Positions 21,652 to 31,331 of a stretch of DNA of 44,280 bases are shown here, in pieces (the stretch's first letter is position 1; every line of letters begins with the position of its first letter). Made by a program: the position numbers and the translations under genes. Source of the stretch: Cladosporium halotolerans. Taxonomy: Eukaryota. Location of the stretch: assembly GCF_011745625.1 (NCBI RefSeq), contig NW_027191519.1, positions 1 to 44,280 of the forward strand, in the 5' to 3' direction. The notes beneath the pieces are model-generated. The model was not told the DNA's origin. It saw nothing but the letters and a program-made list of their open reading frames with translations, and did not search any database.

Positions 21652-22647
21652 ATGCGCAGAATGTCGGGCCTGCAGTTTCCGACAGCATCTTCCACTCCCG
21701 CCAACACCTCCTGGCCTCTTCGCCCTTGCAATTTCTCGAATCTCTTAAATCGCACATACGATACTTCTGGCTTGCCAGCGACATGCGCCATGGTCCAGCC
21801 CGACATCACGGATAGACCTTCGCCTCCAGAAAATATCTTCTTGAGAAAGGGGCTCCGGCATTACGAAGATTTCGGGATGAATGGTGAACAAAGCTACCCG
21901 CCCCCGTCCCCAGATCAAAAGCGTACGACTTCGGCCGCCGCAGTCTTATTCGACGTTGCGGATACTGCAGTGAGAACCCAGTACAGGGGGGTTTGGAGCA
22001 GGAAACAGACGGAGAGCGCCAGCTGCAAGGTGCAAGCTCCCCCCAGCAAAAGACTTCCAGCGGCGCGTGACTGCAATCGGGAAACTCCATACGCTCCGAC
22101 GGATTGTGGGAACCAGATCGCATGCTCTAATATCGAGGCGGGAAGGTGCAGAAGGTCTGAACTACAGGGTGTTCAAGCGATGAGAACTCTCATCTTCGTT
22201 TGCGGCCCAGTGGTCTTGCTCTCTCTCGTCAGCGTTGCGTGGGTTCTCGTAGCTACGGTCATTGTCGCACTCAAGTGTAGTATATGCACTTGCACACAGT
22301 GCAGCTACGCACAGCATATTTTCCGGTTGCTCTACGTCTCGTTAATCGTCCATCTAAGATGTCTTGATCTCTGGCCATCACCTCAATTCGTTTGCGCTTG
22401 TGGGCACAACATCAGCAAGCTCATCATTGTTAACTTCGCGAGCCCGCTCTTGAGCATCGGCATCATCATCTCCGCGTGGATCATCGCCTGCTATTGGCTC
22501 ATGGCAAGCTTCGACGGCGACCCGACTGGTAACAACGAGCGATATGATAGTGGAGAGGATTACGTGCTCCTCCTCCGCAGTTGGTGGGCAGGTCTCTTGT
22601 GTCAAGGATTACATCCGTTGGATGCGGAGAGTCTGCATGTAATTTAG
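21652..22647 (+). CDS. Hypothetical fungal membrane protein (start uncertain, possibly degenerate)
   Basis: 331-codon ORF with hydrophobic helices and C-terminal SPLLSIGIIISAWIIACYW...GDPTG...DSGEDYVLLLRSWW, resembling a conserved uncharacterised ascomycete family (recalled, not searched). Confidence 0.45.
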   Translation: MRRMSGLQFPTASSTPANTSWPLRPCNFSNLLNRTYDTSGLPATCAMVQPDITDRPSPPENIFLRKGLRHYEDFGMNGEQSYPPPSPDQKRTTSAAAVLFDVADTAVRTQYRGVWSRKQTESASCKVQAPPSKRLPAARDCNRETPYAPTDCGNQIACSNIEAGRCRRSELQGVQAMRTLIFVCGPVVLLSLVSVAWVLVATVIVALKCSICTCTQCSYAQHIFRLLYVSLIVHLRCLDLWPSPQFVCACGHNISKLIIVNFASPLLSIGIIISAWIIACYWLMASFDGDPTGNNERYDSGEDYVLLLRSWWAGLLCQGLHPLDAESLHVI

Positions 22648-22942
22648 TCGATGAGGCGTTTGACTGCGAAAAATTGCATAACGTTGCAGACCATCATATA
22701 CTTCGGCAAGTCGATACAAAGCACAGTCGCAACTTGGAAGTTTTCAGAAAGACACGGCAAGAAGCTGATCATGGTCCAGACTTCTTGACATTTTGGGCGG
22801 CTTCAGTAGAGGCGCTACGACAAATCTAACGCTACAAGCTAGCGTTTTCTGTAAACGTGGCAAAGAAAAGAGAACCTTCTGGCATCTTTGACTTCATTCA
22901 GCAATATCGCAATATACCGGACATACAGAGAATACTTCGAGC

Positions 22943-23222
22943 CTTTTATACCGAGAATTCCCAAAGGGGATTAGCCATCTATCACAGCGTCAATGTTCTG
23001 TACAATCTCGCAAGAGGGACTGACAAGGTGAGGTTCAGATAAAGAAAATACGCTAGGCGAGGAAAACTGGTCCCTCCCGCGAATGTAGTGTCCCTTAACT
23101 TCCAATTAGGCTGTGCACTAGTCTATCAGGCTGACGCTCAAGGTCTGCGCAGGATCTGTGAATGGTCTGTGGTGGCAGAAGCACCTTGATGGTCACGCAA
23201 CCTTGATGGCAACACCTTGGCC
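22943..23222 (-). promoter_or_regulatory. Second cluster of CAAGGT (ZafA-type) motifs with a downstream TATAAAAG box
   Basis: Minus-strand ACCATCAAGGTGCTT (23193-23179), GCCATCAAGGT (23210-23200) and GCCAAGGTGTT (~23221-23211). Plus-strand CAAGGT at 23139 and 23024. Minus-strand TATAAAAG at 22950-22943. Confidence 0.45.
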
Positions 23223-24875
23223 GTGAACGGCCCGTTCCCTTGAGCTTGGCCCAACCTCTTCCGAGGGCTTGAGTGATTCTGTCGACATTGAAATACTCAC
23301 ATATTTTATGGAGCTTCAGAGGCGGAACTTGTGTTTCCTTCTTAATAGCATGGCTTTTCCGGTTACCGTAGCGTCTACGAACATAGCTCACTGTTACCCA
23401 GCCGCCAAACTCTTTGTGGAAGCTTCAATACATGTGATGGGACCGTTGTGACAAACGCGAGCTTCAATCATGGGGCAGGCAGTTTGAGACCTCCAAAGAC
23501 ACAGGGTCGAGTAGCATACTTTCCACAAGACACATCACTTTCCACCCATTCACGAAGTTGAGAGGAAAGCTGTGGGAAAGACCAGCATTTACTACTCAAT
23601 CTCGTACAGTGAATATTACATAGCTACCCAATTCGTTGCCGTACCCGGCGTTGCCCCCTAGATCCGATCCACTCCCCAAATCATCTTCGGTTCTCTATTG
23701 GCTGCAGTATCCTTGATTGCAACGCTATTGTCCGTATACACCGTTTCTCTTCGGTGGTCTGGGCAGAACATCGTGAAATATTGCTTCCTTGGCTAGCTTG
23801 TCTTGGCAGAGTCCGCGTTGCAGGTTCATTCTATGAAGTACATGGCTCTAATGCATGTTGATAACGCGTGGTCTTGTGGTGTGACCACATAGAGCCTTCC
23901 ATCTGTGGGCAAGGCCGCAAACCTTGCTCCGTCTTTGCAGCAAGCCAAGCTACCAGGGAAAGCGGCCACGTAACCGCCAAGCTAAATGTGCGGAGAAGCG
24001 CCTCCACAATGGCAACGGAGCAGAGCTGCCGCGGTAAATAGTCTAGCGGTTCTGTATCTTTTCCTCTGCCTCTCGCACGCTCTGGGATGCTCCGAATCTT
24101 TCTCAAGAGTCAGCAATTTCTGCAAGACCGCGGTCGACAATGGAGATCTGAAGGGTTTTCCGTTTGCAAGACAAGATAAAAAGAGACTCTTTGCTATTAT
24201 CCGCCGTCTGCACTAGGTACGTTCAATTTCGTGTGGCATCATAATCATACTGGAGACCATACGGGATAACCAAGGCGCTGATAACCATTCAAGCAAGGTT
24301 CTCTCCGTACTTTTGAAAATGACAAAGTTGGCTTCAGCTCGGCCCATTCATCGCTCCAACCATGGTCAATTTGGGCATGGAACCCTTCGCTCTCGAAACG
24401 ACCACAGCTATGGTGCTTTCGAACCGAAGCTTAAATCAAAGCTTTTTCGATCTTTCTGGCAGAAGCACCTCAGCTTCACTGGAATGTACAGGCGCACCGT
24501 CACGCAGCCAGAGCTCGATCGTTCCTCTGACTTCCTCATCGGTGAGGTGTATGGCGATAGCCGAATTGAGGACCATGTCAGTTCGTACGATAGGGGTGAG
24601 TCTGTTGAGGACTGCGACAGGATGCAGGTGCACGCGACTGATGTCGGAAAAGCAAAACACAACTTTACACATGACAACTTCTTAGCACTGTGGAGGACTT
24701 GTTGTATTTGCTAATTTTCTATCTGTCCACCTTGAGCAAATGAACTTCACAAGAGAGATTCAAGAGTATTTAAAATCAAACAATGCAATAGGGCTTTGCT
24801 GGCGCCGTTTCCCAGTTCCATCGAGGTAAGATTGTCCTCGGCCCTCGGCAGAACGTGACAGTACGACATCAAGCG

Positions 24876-25120
24876 TCAAAGGCTAAACGATCCACTTCTC
24901 TTTTTGCCGAATGGCAAGATCACGACCGCGCTCATAAGAAATCCAACAATAATACCGATGGTCACCTAAATGACCGGGTATTCGACATTGAAAGCGATTG
25001 CATTCATGTTCGTACCGCTCGTGATGGTTGTAGAAGTCACGTTGCCAATGTCACGGGCCAAGCCCTTGACATGCCAATAATGATCGCGACTGTTAGGATA
25101 GCAGGTAAGCCGAGAGCCGG
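24876..25120 (-). pseudogene. C-terminal relic of a Prm10/DUF1212 (ThrE-family) membrane protein
   Basis: Minus strand reads AFNVEYPVI*VTIGIIVGFLMSAVVILPFGKKRSGSFSL*, matching the recalled family terminus IQVAIGITVGLF...YPFGKRRSGLFSF. CAG>TAG stop. An LPAIL remnant lies upstream in another frame. Confidence 0.6.
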
Positions 25121-25787
25121 CTTCACTTGAGAATTCTGCTCTGAACACCTCACTTGCAGCTCTTCGAGCTACGTCCTAGACATTGAACCTGTCTGTAGGT
25201 TGGCCGTAGTGAATAACATCTGTTCCAGTACGCCCGCCCGTGACATTCTGCTAAGTACCAACCCTAGTTTCTTACGTAACGACTATCACTTTCAACAAAG
25301 GGCGCTTTCATAAATTCACATGGCATCTTCGTCAATGCCAAGGCGCCCTCCCCTTGTTGCCGCATGTTTCCAACATCGGCCGCGTGTCGGCTCGTAATTT
25401 CCTTGTCCTCGACCAACTTAATTATACAGCACCGTTAGTCGTGGCGCTACCAACCAATCACGAGCGTCGATGGCCTCGGTGAATCTAGGCACGGTGGTCG
25501 GACGTTCTCGGGTCCGTTGCGCGTGCACCCGGAGGTCTAAGGTTCATGTACAAACACTTCGTTGATGGCAATTATAGGCAACAACAGCTTCGCTCCGCTC
25601 AACAGCCTGAGAAGTGTTGCCCGTCTCCTGTGGCTGTGAGTGTTGCGTCCCGGTACCGCTGCCTTCGTTTTCGATACCGCAAGCCGCACAGACTCCGCTT
25701 TGCATCCGTCGCATTCCTCTGCTTCTCGGGCTAATATCTCACGGGACATGGACTATCCCACATCGCAAAGGAGATAATCTGCACGAA

Positions 25788-27645
25788 ATGAACTGCCCCT
25801 CGCGGATCGATCCTATTGTTAGCGACGAGCGGAATCAGAACCCAGATGCATTCGCCTCCAAAGTGACAACTGGAAGCAACTTCGGACAGATCGCCAGACT
25901 GCATTATGAGTACCGGCTCGCAGACGTGGATTCCTCCGGCATAGAGCCAGTAAAATCCCAGCGACCCCTCGCGATGAAAGAAAATGTCTGCAAGGGACTA
26001 ACGAACAGAGGCGAGTGGGCGGCAGGCAAGGAATATGGTGCGCGCAGCACCAGTCCCGCCTGCGACACCCACATCCCGTCGCCAGAAGAGGAAAGGGACC
26101 TCGCCGTGACCACGGTCCCCAGTCGCCGTCCCAACTGGCAGCAGCCCTTTTTCAAAGCCGCCAGCGTGCTGCGCCGATACGCCAAATTCGTGGGTCCCGG
26201 GTTCATGATCTCAGTCGCATACATCGACCCTGGGAACTATGCAACAGACGTCGCTGCCGGCGCCTCCTACCGCTTCCAGCTACTTTTTATGATCCTACTC
26301 TCTAATATTTTCGCCATCTTCCTACAATTTCTCTGCATCAAACTCGGATCTGTTACTGGATTGAACTTGGCCGAAATGAGCAAAGCGCATTTCCCTCGCT
26401 GGCTGAATTACGTATTGTACTTCTTCGCGGAGAGCGCTATCATCGCGACAGATATCGCGGAGGTTATTGGCACGGCGATCGCATTGAATTTGCTGCTGAA
26501 CGTACCTTTGGTTGCTGGGTGTGCGATATCAATTGTGGATGTACTGGTAATTTTGGCGTTTTATAGGCCGAACGGGAGGATCCGAGGGTTGAGGCTTTTT
26601 GAGCTTTTTGTTGCACTATTGGTCTTGGGGGTCGTCATTTGCTTCTGTTATCAACTGTCGTTGATTGGTGACCGAGCAACGGCGAGAGAAGTCTTTAGGG
26701 GCTACGCTCCATCTTCAGCTCTAATCGAAAGCAGAGGGTAAGTTCAGTTGCCTCCTTCTCTGACTTTTTGTTCTTTCTACTAACACCACTTCAGCCTCTA
26801 TCAAGCCTGCGGTATACTGGGTGCAACCGTAATGCCGCATTCTCTTTACCTCGGTAGCGGCATCGTCCAAGCGCGTCTCAAAGAATACGACAATGAGAAA
26901 CAGGTCTCTGCCCCCCCCCACTGCCGATAACGCCTCCGAGCCTGGAGAGAAATACCGTCCCTCTATCTCTGCTATCCGCTCATGTCTCTCTTATTCCATT
27001 CTAGAGAACAGCATCTCACTCTTCACCTTCGCCCTCTTCGTCAACAGCGCCATCCTTATCGTCGCGGGCGCATCCCTCTATACTGTCACAGGAGCAGACA
27101 ACGCCGATCTCTTTGGCATCCATGAGCTCTTGTCCTCCACAATGGCGCCAATTCCAGGCACTATCTTCGCTCTCGCACTCCTCCTTTCCGGAACCTCGGC
27201 AGGGATAGTGTGCACGATCGCAGGGCAGATGGTAAGCGAGGGCCAGCTGTCTTGGGCCGTGAAACCCTGGGTGCGTCGCCTAATCACGAGGAGCATTTCG
27301 ATTACGCCTAGCATAGTCATCGCTGGCGCAGTAGGCAAAGACGGGTTGTCTGCTGCGTTAGAGGGGAGCCAAGTTGCACTTAGCGTGATTCTGCCCTTCG
27401 TTTCAGCGCCGCTAATATTTTTTACGTGCAGCAACAAGTTCATGGCTGTGGCTGCAGTCGCGCGAGATAATGCTGTTGGCGGAAATGGTAACGTAGAGAC
27501 TATAGAGGCCTTAGAGACAGAGGGCGCAGGCGTGGAGAAGTTTGCGAATAATTGGGTCACAACAGTAGCAGCAGGCGTGATCTGGCTGATGATTTGCGTG
27601 ATGAACGTAGCACTTTTAGTGTTAGCAGGCAAGGGGATTGAATAA
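25788..27645 (+). CDS. SMF1: NRAMP divalent-metal transporter (Smf1/Smf2-like); intron 26738-26794; single +1 frameshift near 26900-26919
   Basis: MNCPSR start, then [67 protein letters not shown] and SQVALS. The intron has GTAAGT, CTAAC and CAG. Exon 2 falls out of frame at or just before a C9 tract. Confidence 0.88.
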
Positions 27646-27737
27646 GAGCTCAAGAGCGCCGGCGTGGCATTGCTGATTTCTCGAGGACGCTGTCTTACAT
27701 GCAGAAGTCAAGCTTTACTACTCTAGTATTCTTCCCA

Positions 27738-27964
27738 AACCGCGTCGCGCTTCCAGAATTTGCCCCACTAAATCCAAAGTTGACTTTGCGGACCGCGTCG
27801 CGCTTTTAAGATTGCCAGGTAACCCAAAGGTGCCCCACGAAAACGAGTCGCGGCTCCAAATTTCCTGGAACCGCGTCGTGATGAGATTTGAGGACTCCAA
27901 AACCCAGCTTTCGAGACGCGGGGGCCACGCAGGCCGATGTTGCCCCCCTGAACCGCGTCGCGCT
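27738..27964 (+). repeat. Dispersed array of ACCGCGTCGCG(CT) motifs upstream of the DUF3505-like gene
   Basis: Copies at 27739, 27792, 27870 and 27952, a degenerate copy at 27842 and an inverted copy at 27912, interleaved with TGCCCC(A/C)C at 27761, 27831 and 27941. Confidence 0.75.
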
Positions 27965-28041
27965 ACTTTCTGTTATACCATCGTCTCTTAACACGCTATA
28001 TCAACTCCAGATCGTGATATTTCGTTGCCACCAGGGTCGAT

Positions 28042-31000
28042 ATGGTATCTGTCCAGCGCGAGCGTCGAAATCGTCCACCCACAGGGAGCTCTATTTCAGA
28101 GGACGAAGTGAGCCGCAAAATGGCTGTCCTCGGACTCTACATAAATCGCCCTGAGCCGGCGATCATTTGCACTTCCTGCGGATACGCTCTCAGTCCAGCC
28201 GGCGAAGCGGTCACCAAGCATCTCTGGGAGAAGCATCAGGTCGCCGCTGATCTGCGCGAAGGCTTGATGGCGTATGTGCGACTTTTGAGACTACCCGATC
28301 CGAACAAGCTTAGCCTTCGCGATGAGGGATCCCCACCCCACCCACATCTTGCCATCCGATCTGGGGCTGCCTGCAAGCATTGTGATTTCAAGACCACTGG
28401 CCTTACCCTTATGATACGGCACATCTCGAAAGTCCACAGCGGCTTCAAAGGAGGGAAGAACTGGATGCGGGATTGTATCCAAGAACATGTGAGCCTTCAA
28501 AGCTGGACGCAGAATGGTGCGAGAGGGTATTGGATCGTCGACCCGGAGCCAATTGCAACGCCTCCAGCCGACCTTGAGTGCTCTCCACGTAGGCGAGAGC
28601 GTGTCGAAAGAATGCTCGGCGAGGAGGTACGGCACCTTGATCGACAGGATTGCCAACGCGATGCGACTGACACTGGTATCGATGACCTTGCTGCAACGAG
28701 CAACTGGATGCACCGCACTGGCTGGGCGGAAACATACAAAGGCGTAGACCTACGTCTGCTACTGGCTCTACGGCAAAGCCCGGCTGTGAATGGACACCCC
28801 CTCCCCCTCGGTATCTATGATTCGCTTGAGATACACAGCAGCTCAGAGGACGAGCTGAAGTTGTTGGTAGTGAGCCAAGGAATAGATCGTTTCTTTGACA
28901 GATGCGAGAATACGGTACGTTACACCGATTATTCCGTGCGAGGTTGGCTACGAGGGCGAAATCGTTGGTCGACCGTACAAAGCACCTTTCCACTTACCTG
29001 GAGGAACATCGACCACCTCGAAGTATAGGGCGATCTGGAAATGCATGTTGTTCTTCCATATCCGAATGTATCGGTTGCAAGGCGTATTTCGCGACCTACG
29101 GGCTCCATCAAAACCATCTGTTGCACGAACACGGGCGACTGAACGCCTCTAGGATGGCTGCTGCGGCTGCACTGGAAGAAGTGATAACCATTTAGCGAAA
29201 AGCGGTTTTGACCGCGGAGATATATTTCAGTTTCCTGCACAACAAACACTCCCTCCAGGAAAAAAATGCCGCATGCCTGCGAAGAAATGCGAATACGATT
29301 TGGACAATGCTTCTGTGATCGAGCAGAGCTCGGAAACCGAATACGGGCTATCAATCAAGTGACGAACAGAGCGAAAGTGGCCAGCAGCAATGCACAGACG
29401 TTGGAGAGTCTGCACCTGATTTGTTTCGTAAGTCCCGTATGTCACAAGTCAAGTCTTATCACTCAAGCTTGTAACCAGTGCTGACAATCGACGTAGCTCG
29501 GGGGCTCTTAGAAGATAGCTTGAATGGTGACGATGCACTCGGCGATGCCGTTGCGGAGTTCTCGTATTTCCTCTGCACAGAGACTTTGTTGACGGCCTTC
29601 CAGACTCCACAGGTCTGGCGTACTTCTGTGGTGTTCTGGGCTTCAGTCCCGATGGCTCCACTTTTGAGAGACCCCGAAACTATACGCCCAAGCTTTGCAT
29701 TCTATGCGCCTGTGTATGCTAGAAAGATGCTTACCGCGCTTCGCGAATCCGGTAATCGGGTGGAAAGGCCGACCGCAAGTGGGTGGCTTGAACAAATTTG
29801 TTCATATTCGAGATCGCTATCTTTGTCACGGCTGTCAATCACCCACAGGTGAGCTCTTGGGTTTGCGATCGTACGGGCGTGCTTTTTCTCGCTCCAATGG
29901 CCCAAGCTTTCGTGTGAACTGGGACAAGGATGGTCAGACAGTTTGTTGGGATAGTGGCGCGTTGAGCATGGATCAGATGTGATCCCTTGGCCGCAGAGCG
30001 CTCGACAGCGCAAAAATCTCACTACACCGGCTTCTGTATGGTGTCGTACCTCATATTGATCTGGATGGTCTGCGCGACAAAAAGTCGAACATGCACTGCG
30101 GATACTCTTTCGTGCAAGATCCAGACAACAATCTGAGCAAGGCTTACCTGCAGCTTTTTTTCTCGCGCCTGCCTTGATCAAGCGGGTGGATTGATGTCGA
30201 GCGAGAGCTGGAGGATGGACGCCGTTCGCCGCTATCTTAAAGAGGACACAGCCCTGCTGACCAACATAATGCTAATTATGTACCTTCGCGGTTGGCAGGC
30301 ACCCCGCACAACAGAGCTCCTGAGTGTAGAGTGCTATAATGATCCAAGCACCCCTTGTGGTGTGTATATCCATGACGGCTCCCTGGTCCTTGTCACACGG
30401 CACTACAACGCACGACGATCGACGAACCAAGAGTTCAATATTGCGCGGTATCTGCCGGACGAAGACTCCAAGCTGATTGTCGCCTATTTGACATATATAC
30501 GGCCATTGGTTGCTCTGTTACGTCGGGTGTGTCTTGGCCAGAAGCAAGACAGGCGCCTTCTCTTTGCATCTTCCTATAATGCGAAATGCCACTGGAAATC
30601 AGACAATCTTACATCAACTCTCAAAACCGTCACCGCGGACATCGCAGACGTCTCTTTTGGGCTCCAAATTTACCGCCAGATCTCAATCGCATTCACAGAG
30701 AAACATGTTAAACATATCGCGCGACCGTTCAACAGATACGATGACACCAGAGTTGCTGCCGACATCGAGGTGGTCTTTGCGTGGCAGAGTGGGCGCCGCC
30801 CGGTCCAACGTCGCACATCTTCTGGTATGGACGGAGCATTTCCCGATTCCCTGCAGCCCGCTCTGCTCAGCGTGTATCGATGGATATCAGTGAACTGGCA
30901 TAGGTTTGTCGAGGGCCAAGGTCACGCCTCATCAATGGCCGTGCAGTCACTATTGAACTGTCGTTCTGATCATGCTTCCTTTGACGGGGCTGATACCATC

Positions 31001-31129
31001 AATCGAACGGTTCTACCGAACAGATCTGATCAAGATCAATTACAATCACTAGAAAACGCGAAACGTCGTATACGGACGCCATCACCTACCTACAATCCTA
31101 CCTACAATCCTACCCACAATCCTCAGTAG
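28042..31129 (+). pseudogene. DUF3505-like zinc-finger / cryptic tyrosine-recombinase-like gene of the telomere-linked RecQ helicase family, frameshifted, no helicase part visible
   Basis: N-terminal ICTSCGYAL...HLWEKH, CKHC...HISKVH and LQSW; then NWMHRTGW, RPYKAPF, LRSYG; C-terminal GWQAPRTTELL, IARYLP, YLTYIRP, YRQISIA, AWQSG and WHRF. Spread over ORFs 28042-29028, 28895-29152, 29695-29982 and 30191-31129. Confidence 0.75.
31085..31123 (+). repeat. 12-bp tandem repeat CCTACC(T/C)ACAAT-like x3 (PTYN/PTHN)
   Basis: cctacctacaat cctacctacaat cctacccacaat cct. Confidence 0.8.
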
Positions 31130-31331
31130 TATAGCAGAAAGAATCGGGGTCCCGTTCCATGGACAAGAAAATGTTACATTACAGCTTCGAGTATTGCTCA
31201 AGCCACGAGTTGCATTTTGAGAACCAAGTCCTATGTGAGACAATCCCACTTGCCCATCTTCGTTGTTCTATTCGTATTTACCCCTCCATCCCCTGTCACT
31301 GTAACACGCATTTTGAAGTCCTGGAAGGGTA

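Noticed and set aside
24313..24714. 133-aa ORF and overlapping ORFs
   Set aside because: No recognisable domain; cannot be supported as a gene.
26904..26950. Small intron rescuing the NRAMP frameshift
   Set aside because: The only nearby GT has a poor donor context (GTCTCT), and there is no good branch site or YAG acceptor.
28042..31129. Starship captain (DUF3435)
   Set aside because: Motifs fit the DUF3505/RecQ-associated family rather than DUF3435 captains; no Starship boundary seen.
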